A DNA stretch of 32,000 bases from an uncultured archaeon (GCA_964589775.1 CAZPUN010000020.1:30001-62000), one strand, 5' to 3'; shown: positions 1 through 9,664, counted from the first letter of the stretch. A program made the numbers and translations. The notes: generated by a model not told the origin, from the letters alone.

Positions 1-81
1 TATTTCATATTAAAATAATTAGCAAAATAGGCAACATTTGCCTAAATATTATTTCAGAGTAAAAATAAAAAAATAAAAAGT

Positions 82-804
82 TTAAGAAATCGTAAAATAA
101 ATCCGTCTCTTTTTTGAACCCATATTTTTTTGTTTAACTATCTTAAAAGTCCCAATTTCGGAAAGATTACGAACATGAGTACCAGCACAAGATGCTGCAT
201 CATAATCATCAATAATTACAATTCTAAATTCTTTCACGCTTTCAGGAACCATTTCAAGATATTGGGTTTGATATTTTCGCGCTTTTAGAAATTCTATTGC
301 CTCTTGGCGTGCCATAAATTTTATTTCAACATCATATTTTTTTGAAAGGATTTCATTTATATTAGACTCAATATTAGAAATTTCATCATCAGACAGTTTT
401 TCCATCGGATGAAAATCCGCATGAGATTTTGGAACATTGACTGATGAACTAATTGTTTGAGCAGAATATGTATTTTGCATATAACGGGAAAACACGTGTT
501 GAAGCGTATGCATCTTCATAAGCATATATCGGCGATCCCAATCAATTTCTCCATGAACCATATCACCAACTGAAAATGAGACATCCCCATCGAAATAATG
601 GCGTACTTCACCCGATTCTTTTGTTACTTTTGTAATATTTACCGTGGAATTTCCTTTTTTGATTATGCCATGATCGCATGCTTGCCCACCACCTCGAGGG
701 TAAAAAGCAGAACGATCCAAAACCAAATAGTTTTCACCCACGTTTATTACTTTAGCATCAAATTCTTTAATGTAGTTGTCATGCATATGTAGAAGTTCGG
801 TCAT
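82..804 (-). CDS. alaX: Alanyl-tRNA editing protein, AlaX-M type
   Basis: FYPRGGGQACD N-terminal motif; Zn-binding HxxxH (HTLQH) and CxGTH (CAGTH); 240 aa. Confidence 0.92.
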   Translation of the reverse strand: MTELLHMHDNYIKEFDAKVINVGENYLVLDRSAFYPRGGGQACDHGIIKKGNSTVNITKVTKESGEVRHYFDGDVSFSVGDMVHGEIDWDRRYMLMKMHTLQHVFSRYMQNTYSAQTISSSVNVPKSHADFHPMEKLSDDEISNIESNINEILSKKYDVEIKFMARQEAIEFLKARKYQTQYLEMVPESVKEFRIVIIDDYDAASCAGTHVRNLSEIGTFKIVKQKNMGSKKRRIYFTIS

Positions 805-953
805 GATATTTCACCTAAAAATTCAGTTGAATTTTTGATATTAACGTTTTACCATATAATACAAAAAGAAATTTTCGTTTTGTAGTACATTTTAATTATT
901 TTGCGTAAATTTACAAAATATGAATGAAAAATCGTTACATTGCATAAACAATA

Positions 954-1400
954 CTATTCCAAATATTCACGTTTTGCAAGCTCAATGACATCATCAATTT
1001 TATCGGGTGAAATACCAGAACCTTGCAGAATATTTTTCCAGTCCGATATTTCAGAATCTTCAAGAACTTCACAAATTGCATCAGCTTCACTATAGGAAAA
1101 TCCACATTCAACTAAAAATTCAACTAAAGGCTTTCCAGATAATAGAATCTCAGTACTTATTGTGGAAGGTTTTGATTCGGGTGGTTCAAGTTTTGATTCC
1201 TTTAATTTTTTATAATAATAATCATGAACGATTTTTTCAAACGACCGAACTTTTATTTCTTTAATCTTCTTTTTGTTTTCTATAGCATTAGCAAGAGATT
1301 TTATCTGCTTTTTTATAAATCTCCGTCTTAAGAAACTCCCAGCTATTATTATTGAATACAGTAGAGGTATATACATGTGAATTGATAATGTATTAAGCAT
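954..1400 (-). CDS. Hypothetical protein with N-terminal membrane anchor and small C-terminal helical domain
   Basis: ORF track starts at 1508 in AT-rich sequence; ATG at 1400 has a GAGGGG SD-like motif upstream; hydrophobic YIPLLYSIIIAGSFL followed by RRR; charged C-terminus. Confidence 0.6.
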   Translation of the reverse strand: MLNTLSIHMYIPLLYSIIIAGSFLRRRFIKKQIKSLANAIENKKKIKEIKVRSFEKIVHDYYYKKLKESKLEPPESKPSTISTEILLSGKPLVEFLVECGFSYSEADAICEVLEDSEISDWKNILQGSGISPDKIDDVIELAKREYLE

Positions 1401-1545
1401 GTCTGGCCCCTCAATAATATATGTTTGACAATACATATAAAAAACATATTTAAAACATTTATGTAAAAATAAATCAATAATAAAAAAAATAATAAAGAAA
1501 AGATACAATGAATATTGTGAGGGATAAGTCTGCGGAGATATTTCT

Positions 1546-2265
1546 ATGATTCAATGCTTATATATAATTTCACATAATGGGGACGAATTGTTTTCAAAAG
1601 CATATATAAAGGAAATGTGCCATCTGCCATCACATATCGCAAATGTAGCAGTAATGATCTTTCAACCGGGAATAAGTAATCAATCGATTTATTACCTTAA
1701 TGAAAATGGAACATTATGGACGTATTCTGTATATAGCAGGTTTATTCTTATAATTAAAAGTTCAAAGGAAACAGACCCAATTGAACTAAAACTGAAGACT
1801 CTAGAAATTGGCGAGTATATGACTCAAATAATGAAGAAATTACCAGACAATTGGGAAGGTAAATTAAACGATTTCAAAGACATTGAAGATGAAATAAATA
1901 AAATTGTACATAAGAAGATATCTATGGCACCCTCATTAGTTGTGTCATTAAAAAATATTGCAGAGGTATATGAGGAAACAAAAAAAGAAATCGACTATAT
2001 TTCTTTTTATGACATGTATGGGAACCGTATTACCTCACAATTACCAGCATACCTCGAAAACACAATAATTGAGCATATTAACAATTCAAAAAATGCAATT
2101 GAAAATGATAATATTACTGAATATGTAGTAGACAAACAGCCATTAATTATATGCAAGATCAATAAAATATACATGACGGTAGTTCCAGCACCTGGAGCAC
2201 ACCATGAAAAAATATTGGATATAATTAAAGATATATCCGAACAAGTTGAAGGCTTACTAACTTGA
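1546..2265 (+). CDS. Longin-like domain protein, possibly with a second roadblock/profilin-like domain
   Basis: N-terminus MIQCLYIISHNGDELFSK matches the longin beta1-beta2 pattern of adaptin sigma/TRAPP-type proteins; second half IDYISFYDMYGNRITS resembles the roadblock beta-hairpin; GGAG SD upstream. Confidence 0.55.
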   Translation: MIQCLYIISHNGDELFSKAYIKEMCHLPSHIANVAVMIFQPGISNQSIYYLNENGTLWTYSVYSRFILIIKSSKETDPIELKLKTLEIGEYMTQIMKKLPDNWEGKLNDFKDIEDEINKIVHKKISMAPSLVVSLKNIAEVYEETKKEIDYISFYDMYGNRITSQLPAYLENTIIEHINNSKNAIENDNITEYVVDKQPLIICKINKIYMTVVPAPGAHHEKILDIIKDISEQVEGLLT

Positions 2266-2277
2266 TATTAAAAATAT

Positions 2278-3417
2278 TCACTTTAGTATTCGTTTTGCTA
2301 AGCCATAATAGATCTTTGCAGCCTTAATAACGGATTCTAGTTCAACATACTCATTTGGTTGATGTGCTTGCTCAATGCGACCAGGGCCAAAAATCACATG
2401 GGGTATTTTTAATTGTGGCTCAAATATTGATGCATCAGTACCATATGGTGCTCCAAAAATGTTCGGCTTTTTACCAGTGATTCTATTTGTTTCCGCAATA
2501 AGTTCTGAAATAATCCAGTGATTGAGATCAATTTCAACAGGAGGTCTAGATATAATTTCAGATAATTCAAAAGTAGAACCATCAAAATATTCAGAAAGCC
2601 TTGTACGTAGCATATTGAGAATTTCATAAGGCATTTGCCCAGGTATTAATCGCATATCAATGTGCAGTTCGCAATAATCAGGAACAATATTGATTTTTGT
2701 ACCTCCGGAAATTATGCCAAAGTTGAGTGTTGTAGATTTTAATATCGAATGATGTTGTATTGGAACTATTTCTTTAATTTTCAACATCAATTGCGTCATT
2801 AATTCGATAGCATTTATACCAAGTTCTGGTTGGGACCCATGTGCAGATTTACCAAATGTTTTAACTTTAAACCAAAGCATTCCTTTTTCAGCTATTCCAA
2901 TATTAAGATCTGTGGGCTCTGCACAAATAGCCACGTCAATCTTACCAAGCTTTCCCGAATCAACAACCGTTTGTGCTCCGCTACTACCTGCTTCTTCATC
3001 AGAAGTTGCTACAAAAATGAAATCACCATTAATTTCATCTTTAGATAGGCATACAGCAGTTTCAGCAATTGCAGCTATTGCTCCTTTCATATCTGCTGTA
3101 CCACGTCCATACATTCTGCCATTAATAATTTTAGCCTCAAAAGGATCATAATGCCACAAATCGATGTTACCAATTGGAACCGTATCAAGATGCCCATGAA
3201 TCATTAAAGATTTATCCGATGTTCCTTTCCCTATATGAACAAGAACATTTGGTCTTTTTGAGTCTCCAATTATTTCCGAAGAAATATGATGGTCATCTAA
3301 AAAGTCAACAAGAATTTTCGCTGCGCGATATTCATTACCGGGAGGATTTTCAGTATTTGCTTGTACAAGTTCTCTAAGGAGATCTGTCATTCGTTTAGAA
3401 TTTATGCAGTCTGACAT
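2278..3417 (-). CDS. M20 family metallopeptidase (ArgE/DapE-like deacylase)
   Basis: GHLDTVP, GRGTADMKG, DEE, EPT, GKSAHGS and AHQPNE motifs. Confidence 0.92.
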   Translation of the reverse strand: MSDCINSKRMTDLLRELVQANTENPPGNEYRAAKILVDFLDDHHISSEIIGDSKRPNVLVHIGKGTSDKSLMIHGHLDTVPIGNIDLWHYDPFEAKIINGRMYGRGTADMKGAIAAIAETAVCLSKDEINGDFIFVATSDEEAGSSGAQTVVDSGKLGKIDVAICAEPTDLNIGIAEKGMLWFKVKTFGKSAHGSQPELGINAIELMTQLMLKIKEIVPIQHHSILKSTTLNFGIISGGTKINIVPDYCELHIDMRLIPGQMPYEILNMLRTRLSEYFDGSTFELSEIISRPPVEIDLNHWIISELIAETNRITGKKPNIFGAPYGTDASIFEPQLKIPHVIFGPGRIEQAHQPNEYVELESVIKAAKIYYGLAKRILK

Positions 3418-3511
3418 AAATTTCTAAAAGAGATTCTAAATATATTTACTTTTTTATTATAGAACGCTATTTTTAAAAACTCACAAGTGAGCTATAAGAC
3501 TGTGAATTACA

Positions 3512-3880
3512 ATGATTGAAAAACCAAGAGGCATCATATTTTCAGTAGTCATCTTGATAATTAGCGGAATAATATTAAATGTATCAGGCATTGTATTGAT
3601 AATATTTGGCTGGAATGTTGCACCACCACCAGGATGGAGTGCAGACTTTGTATTATTATATGCAACTATATCAATTATAGTTGGAACTATCGAGATCATA
3701 TCTGCATATGGGTTATACAAAATAGAATTTTGGGGATGGGTAATTACGGAATTTTCATTAATTGTAATTATTGCGGCATTGTCAGAAAACTTAGCAATGT
3801 TCTTAATATATGTGATTATATTTGTATACTTAATTTATGAACGAAAACTATTCATAAAAGTGGAAGACACAAATAGTTAA
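3512..3880 (+). CDS. Small membrane protein (about 4 TM segments)
   Basis: KPRGI N-terminus followed by hydrophobic segments; YGLYKIEFWGW motif typical of small archaeal membrane proteins. Confidence 0.75.
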   Translation: MIEKPRGIIFSVVILIISGIILNVSGIVLIIFGWNVAPPPGWSADFVLLYATISIIVGTIEIISAYGLYKIEFWGWVITEFSLIVIIAALSENLAMFLIYVIIFVYLIYERKLFIKVEDTNS

Positions 3881-3889
3881 ATCATACAA

Positions 3890-3969
3890 TTTATTGAGGC
3901 GATGATGAAGTTACCCCTGTAGGACCTACCCCGGAATGACTCAAGAAGAGCAGGCTGAGCCTCAATAAA
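3890..3969 (+). ncRNA. Box C/D 2'-O-methylation guide sRNA
   Basis: 11-bp terminal stem TTTATTGAGGC (3890-3900)/GCCTCAATAAA (3959-3969); perfect C box ATGATGA 3902-3908; D box CTGA 3955-3958; internal D' AGGA 3921-3924 and C' ATGACTC 3936-3942 can form a K-turn; two 12-nt guides; GC-rich island in an AT-rich intergenic region. Confidence 0.88.
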
Positions 3970-4041
3970 AAGTATATAATTTTAACAAATTCATAAGCAG
4001 TGTAAACCCAGCAAAATGAAACTTAAAAAATAAAAAAAGAA

Positions 4042-4206
4042 TTATTTAATTCTCCTAATGATCGGAGAACCATTCTTTTTGATCAGTTCATAAGTCGCAT
4101 TACCAAAAGTCAACCTTATTTTATCGCCTTCTTTCATACGATTTAAAAACTTGTCACCGTAAGCGTTTATGAACTTGCTCAAATTTTCGTATGTGGGATC
4201 AGTCAT
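4042..4206 (-). CDS. Small 54-aa hypothetical protein (MTDPTYENLSKFINAYGDKFLNRMKEGDKIRLTFGNATYELIKKNGSPIIRRIK)
   Basis: Manual translation; ATG to TAA ORF filling an otherwise empty gap; TATA-like boxes upstream, oligo-T tract downstream on the minus strand; below the ORF-track length cutoff. Confidence 0.65.
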   Translation of the reverse strand: MTDPTYENLSKFINAYGDKFLNRMKEGDKIRLTFGNATYELIKKNGSPIIRRIK

Positions 4207-4287
4207 TGGGGGCACTCTATTTAATTTTAATTAAAATATATAAAAAATATATAAAAAACTTATGCTGTATTATTAAAATTGATTAAA

Positions 4288-4602
4288 ATGTCAGATTATT
4301 ATATAATTTTTTCAACAATTGATAACAAAAATTCGAAAAAAATAGCACATGATATTGTACAGAAAAACTTAGCAGCGGCCGTCTCTATTGTTCCTATGGT
4401 GCAAACATACAAAGCATGGAAAAACGGCATGACTGAATATTTAGAGAATTTATTGATAATTAGAACGACATCACAGAAACTTGATGAGCTGAGACAATTC
4501 ATCAAAGAAAATCATCCTGATGAAAATCCAGAGTTTGTTGCAACTCCTATAGAGTATGGATCACCAGAGTACTTTATGTGGATTTCAAAAAATACAGAGT
4601 AA
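4288..4602 (+). CDS. cutA: Divalent-cation tolerance protein CutA
   Basis: IAHDIVQKNLAAAVSIVP, HPDENPEF (HPYEVPE-like) and YFMWI C-terminal pattern; ~105 aa. Confidence 0.85.
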   Translation: MSDYYIIFSTIDNKNSKKIAHDIVQKNLAAAVSIVPMVQTYKAWKNGMTEYLENLLIIRTTSQKLDELRQFIKENHPDENPEFVATPIEYGSPEYFMWISKNTE

Positions 4603-4610
4603 TGGAGGCG

Positions 4611-7025
4611 CTATTTATGCCTCCGAATATATCTCAATGATTCATTAAAGTATTTACCGATAAGAGACGCCATTGCAGGACCAACGATTTGCTCAATTTC
4701 ACCTGGAAGCAATTCCTCAATATTTGTTTTTGATGATAGTTTCCCAGATTGCCTCAAACGACTTATTTCACGATCAACAATTGTGCGTGCTTCAGACATT
4801 GAAACTGTTTGCTCTTTTTGTGATAAATGCGTTCGGATCGATGTTAAAGCCTTAGATAAGAAATATACAAGATTTTCATAATCGTTCGCAACAACTACGC
4901 TTGCAGAACCATGAATGGGACAATAATCTCCTGTTACAGTAGCACCACATTCTTTACACATTTTTATTCCACGTCGGTTCACAAGGAAATATGTAAGCAA
5001 GTTTGAGGCCTTCTGAGTATCGCGTTGAGTCCATTCAAGACCAGCTACACCACGCCTACCGGCACGGAATATTGATATCGCACGAGAATCGATCCAGCTT
5101 AGAATATCTACTCGCTTTCGTTTTTCCTCAAGTAAGCGTTTTTCTTCTTCAGCTCGCGCAAGCCATAAATCTTCTCTAATTGTTTTCTTCTTGAATTCTT
5201 GAACAATATACCGATGGGATATATCATAGCCAATTGCATAATTACGATAATCAAGCTTATCAATGGCTAAGGGCATGTCGACAATTCCAGCAAATACAGG
5301 ACTAGGTGTCGTCATGAGATCTTGCTTTGCGGTTTCGATAGATTGACTGCTAAATCGTGCCCATATGAACGATGCAATATCTAATGCAGGAAGATATGGT
5401 AAAACTATCTTGAATTCACGTGCTGTATTATTTAGAGCGTCTGTAAGAACTTCTTCACGTGCAGGTTGTAGCTCAGATATAGTATCCTCAAATATCCACT
5501 TTATTACAGATTTTACACGTTCCAAATCTTTACGTGCTTTTAGATAAACTTCAATGACTCTACTAAGATGTCTTAAAAAGTCACCAATAGACATATATGC
5601 AACATCAAGAACGATTTTATCTCCAACTTTCGAGCTTGTCATTGCAGACTGTAATTCGGAAATAGATTTGAAACCTAATTTGTTTAGTGATTCAGTTACT
5701 TTTTGTTCAAGTTCAAGCATGGACTTTAATTTATCAGGAGGCGGAATAGTGACAATTTTTGATAATTCAGATAATACTTGATTTTCAATTCCAAATAGTT
5801 TTTCGCGAGGCTTTAGCAAAAAGTCGATATGGATCTGCATTAATGCATCTCCACGAAGACCACGTGCGAGCAATCTAGGCTTTACTTTCTTCTCAAGCGA
5901 TTGACGTATTTTTGCAAGATGTCGTAGATCGCGTTGAAGAACATCCATATCCTCTACAAAATCAAGTTCAATAGTTGTACCACCTGAGGAACCAGTTGCC
6001 TTCAAAGTTTCAAAAAGCTGTGAAGCTGTAGAAATTCCAGAGCGTCTCAGATCCATCATAACTTCAGACTTTGAAATATCAAATAACGCTGCAATTGCAT
6101 CAATAGTTTTATCGCGAAGTGATTCAAAAACTTCAAGTAATGCATTACGAATTATATTACTGAATAGTGTATCAATGTTATCAAAATTAATTTCTTTATC
6201 AATATATTCAGAAATCTTGGAAATTATACTTAATTTAATTTTGTACATTCCAGCCAGTACATCTATAGAATATTGATTTCGCTCGAGATTTTCAATGATT
6301 GATTTTATAATATCATCTTTCACTTTACTAAATTTATCCCACGTTAATGTTTCTTGAAGCATAGATTCAGTAAACTTCAATCTGTTAAACACCGCAATAA
6401 ATGTGGAAATTTCAATTACCTCTTCTTCATGACGACGAAGCATTTCTTGCTTTAGACTCAGAGATGTTTCTTTTAGACTGGATGCCTTTTGATATAATTT
6501 ATTCTTATAATACTTAGACCAACCGGTGATGTATCCGATTAGATCAATTATTAAAAAGGAGGGATACTTATTAGCATTTTCAGAAAGATATGCTTCTAAA
6601 ATTTCATTTACTTTATTAATTTGCTCTTCACGCATACGAGTTGATTTCAAACTATCTATTATGTCGAGCATAATTTTTATTTCATCTATTGCAATACGAA
6701 TTTCATCAATATGGTGATTATTTACTAAAAATCGAATCTCTGAACGAAGTAATGATTTTTCTTCCTCAATTTTTTTCTGCTGCTCTTCTGCATTTAGTTG
6801 AGACTCCGAAATATCGAATAAGCGAACACCTTGAAAATGATAAAGATACATTGCAGCAAAATCTAACAGCGCATCATTTAGAGTAATACGATCACTGCCC
6901 ACAAATTGTATCAGATTTCTACGGTCGCGAGAAGACCGCATATGAAGGGGTAATGCCTCTGTGAGGATTAGTTCTTTTCCTGCTTCACGCATTTGACGAG
7001 ACCGGATAATATTTACCATGGACAT
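4611..7025 (-). CDS. Large alpha-helical hypothetical protein (804 aa) with C-terminal Zn ribbon
   Basis: Long uninterrupted ORF; CKEC-x8-CPIH motif; coiled-coil segment; start overlaps the upstream stop (TAATG). Confidence 0.85.
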   Translation of the reverse strand: MSMVNIIRSRQMREAGKELILTEALPLHMRSSRDRRNLIQFVGSDRITLNDALLDFAAMYLYHFQGVRLFDISESQLNAEEQQKKIEEEKSLLRSEIRFLVNNHHIDEIRIAIDEIKIMLDIIDSLKSTRMREEQINKVNEILEAYLSENANKYPSFLIIDLIGYITGWSKYYKNKLYQKASSLKETSLSLKQEMLRRHEEEVIEISTFIAVFNRLKFTESMLQETLTWDKFSKVKDDIIKSIIENLERNQYSIDVLAGMYKIKLSIISKISEYIDKEINFDNIDTLFSNIIRNALLEVFESLRDKTIDAIAALFDISKSEVMMDLRRSGISTASQLFETLKATGSSGGTTIELDFVEDMDVLQRDLRHLAKIRQSLEKKVKPRLLARGLRGDALMQIHIDFLLKPREKLFGIENQVLSELSKIVTIPPPDKLKSMLELEQKVTESLNKLGFKSISELQSAMTSSKVGDKIVLDVAYMSIGDFLRHLSRVIEVYLKARKDLERVKSVIKWIFEDTISELQPAREEVLTDALNNTAREFKIVLPYLPALDIASFIWARFSSQSIETAKQDLMTTPSPVFAGIVDMPLAIDKLDYRNYAIGYDISHRYIVQEFKKKTIREDLWLARAEEEKRLLEEKRKRVDILSWIDSRAISIFRAGRRGVAGLEWTQRDTQKASNLLTYFLVNRRGIKMCKECGATVTGDYCPIHGSASVVVANDYENLVYFLSKALTSIRTHLSQKEQTVSMSEARTIVDREISRLRQSGKLSSKTNIEELLPGEIEQIVGPAMASLIGKYFNESLRYIRRHK

Positions 7026-9664
7026 TATTGAACCCTCCTGAAATAGTTGTTTCCTGCACGCATTATCATTTTACCATCCTTAAATTCATATTCGATAATG
7101 TATTTCAAATCATGATCATTAATATCCCTAAGACGTACAACATAGCTCTGTACATATAGATTTCCTAATGCTTTTGCACCATGTTCAATAATGGATGCGA
7201 TCATATCTTCTTTTGATGTCAATCCAAGTTCTGACAAAACTGGTAACTTGTTTTCCTTCAATAATTTGATTTTATTCTCGATTTCTCTTTGAATTCGGAT
7301 TCGCTCAGATGAAATTTCATTGTATAGATTTCCAATTACATCAGCAATAATCTCGAAAGTGTATAGTCGCTCAGGAGGTAAAGGCTCCTTAGGTAATGGA
7401 AGATCTTTCAATTCCTCAGGAACAACATAAGATGCGCGAACCTCATCTAATGTAGGAACATGAACTGAAGAGGGATCTGGAAACTCAGGTTCCGGCGGGG
7501 GCTCCTCCCCAATTTCTAAAGCGGCTCTAACCTGTGCCTGATAAAGCTCTTTAGCTTGCTGCAATTCAACTGATAATTTTTGCTTCTCATCCATGGCTTT
7601 CTTGAGAGCTGTTTCATAGATCTGCTGAATTTCTTTTTCACGTGCCCAGCGTCTCTTTTCATTCTCTTGTTGGACTTTTTGCACTTCAGCCTCCCAAGCC
7701 TCTATCAGTTTATCGTATGTAGTACGTAATAGCTTGGCTTTCTGAAGAATTGGAGTGACTGTATCTTCAAGAGTGATTATTTGCTCAGATGAGTTCTTGA
7801 GAAATGCGAACCATTCATTTAAAACTGTTAATAGTTCCCCATCAATATTTGTCTTTCCAAACAAATCTAAAAGATTTTGAATATCATGCATTTCAGATTC
7901 TGATACATCAAAATCTTGGGCAATAATTGACATTGCTGAAACAAATTCACTTGAACTTTTAATATCCATATTAAGATCAAGCAACCGCGATATCGTCTCC
8001 CTTGAACTTAAAAGATCAAGTATATGAGGCGAAACTCCAGACAATCTAGCTTTAATTTCATTTAGAATTGTTTTTGCATCTTCAATATCAGCCGCAGATA
8101 CTCCGGGTTTGTCTACAATTGAGCTGTCATTCTCAATTTTATCTAGGGAGATATTTATGAATTCATCTAGTGTAATTAGATCATCTATCTTTAGTGAATT
8201 CATCTTTTCAAATACACGAGATAAAATGTTCAAACTGATTTCTACAGGAGTTTTATTAAATTGACCATAATAGTCTACACGACCAAGTTCAGAGATAATA
8301 TTCTCATCAAAATAATTTTTCAGCCTATCCGAAATTATATCATGAACTGATTGTGTATCTTCGAAACTTGGTTGAATATTCTCAGTAATATTATCGATTA
8401 TCGCCTTAGTCATACTCATAATTAGGAATCGTTTCAATTCATATGCAAAATAGGAAGCCACTTTCTGAGCGTAGGAAGTGAAATAGACCAGAGTACCCTT
8501 TAATTGCCATGCTTTAAATGAATTGGAAGAATCAAGTACTTTGTAAGACTTGATTAAATTCTGGGCAAATAATAGAGCAATGCCACGCTTAATTCCATCA
8601 AACTCTGAACCACGAGATTTTATTTCTTCTTGTAATTTATTAATATGGTCTTCAGGAGTACCTTCAAACCCACTTCGAAGATGTTCGTCAACAAGATCTT
8701 TGAAAGATTCGCTCGCGGACTTGAACTCTTCTGCATATTCGTTTGCAGCCTTAAAATATGTGTCCAGCGTCGTTAATTTTAGATTCGAAAAATCAATAAA
8801 ACGCATAAATCCTTCAACAGCAATTTTTATAATATCAATCTCTTCTTGCGTGTAGGAATACTTGTTTATGAATTCTAAAATTTCTCGACCTGCAGAAGGT
8901 ATATAAACAGCCAAATTCTGAATAGCTGATAAGCCAAGTAATCTGTATCGTAGATGTTGTAATGCTTTTGATTTTACCTTAAATGGATTGAGAAACGTGA
9001 TATTATCAATTTTATCAACAATTGATGCTGCAGGTCTAAATGAGTAATCTTCTAAGTAAGAACCTTGAACTTCTAAATCAACATCAACATCTGTAATTCT
9101 CAATTTTCGTGTATCATAGTCTTCTTGATATTCACGGTCCATAACATTACTATAGATTATTGTGGCAAAACGATCTGCAAATGTCGAAAGAACCGATAAT
9201 TTTTGATCTTCAGATAAACCAGATAATTCGGAGGCAATATCAATATCATTCATCTTTCGTGTAATTGCATCGCCATCTAATATTAACTTTCTAGGGTCTA
9301 CAATGCCGCGCTCCCATTCTAAAACAGTGAGAAAACCACTTGTTTCCAAAGAACTACCGCGAGTCAATAGCAAGGTTTCTGGAAAAATTCTATGACTTGA
9401 TTCGCTCATTATTTTCCATTCAATCGATTCCAACTCGAATTGCGATGACTTTTTCAAACTTTCATAAATGAAATTAAATATCGACGAAATACTCATAACA
9501 ACATCTTCAGCTCTATTGGACAGTTCTCGCCCAGCTCCACGAGCGCCACCAATTGATGACCCATCCTTTGTAGTATAACCAATTATTGCTGCGGAAGCAC
9601 GCCTAATCTCTTCCACTGTGCTCGGTGATGAAACACTTTTCTTCGAGACCCTAGTTATGGACAA
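7025..9664 (-). CDS. Large hypothetical protein (879 aa) with coiled coil and Pro/Glu-rich segment
   Basis: Long uninterrupted ORF; TTG start with strong GGAGGAG SD (9671-9677); EEPPPEPEFPDP...PLPKEPLPPE after a long charged helix. Confidence 0.85.
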   Translation of the reverse strand: MSITRVSKKSVSSPSTVEEIRRASAAIIGYTTKDGSSIGGARGAGRELSNRAEDVVMSISSIFNFIYESLKKSSQFELESIEWKIMSESSHRIFPETLLLTRGSSLETSGFLTVLEWERGIVDPRKLILDGDAITRKMNDIDIASELSGLSEDQKLSVLSTFADRFATIIYSNVMDREYQEDYDTRKLRITDVDVDLEVQGSYLEDYSFRPAASIVDKIDNITFLNPFKVKSKALQHLRYRLLGLSAIQNLAVYIPSAGREILEFINKYSYTQEEIDIIKIAVEGFMRFIDFSNLKLTTLDTYFKAANEYAEEFKSASESFKDLVDEHLRSGFEGTPEDHINKLQEEIKSRGSEFDGIKRGIALLFAQNLIKSYKVLDSSNSFKAWQLKGTLVYFTSYAQKVASYFAYELKRFLIMSMTKAIIDNITENIQPSFEDTQSVHDIISDRLKNYFDENIISELGRVDYYGQFNKTPVEISLNILSRVFEKMNSLKIDDLITLDEFINISLDKIENDSSIVDKPGVSAADIEDAKTILNEIKARLSGVSPHILDLLSSRETISRLLDLNMDIKSSSEFVSAMSIIAQDFDVSESEMHDIQNLLDLFGKTNIDGELLTVLNEWFAFLKNSSEQIITLEDTVTPILQKAKLLRTTYDKLIEAWEAEVQKVQQENEKRRWAREKEIQQIYETALKKAMDEKQKLSVELQQAKELYQAQVRAALEIGEEPPPEPEFPDPSSVHVPTLDEVRASYVVPEELKDLPLPKEPLPPERLYTFEIIADVIGNLYNEISSERIRIQREIENKIKLLKENKLPVLSELGLTSKEDMIASIIEHGAKALGNLYVQSYVVRLRDINDHDLKYIIEYEFKDGKMIMRAGNNYFRRVQ

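Noticed and set aside
28-44. Inverted repeat TAGGCAA-cat-TTGCCTA near the window start
   Set aside because: Only 7 bp, context truncated by the window edge; cannot distinguish operator, terminator or chance
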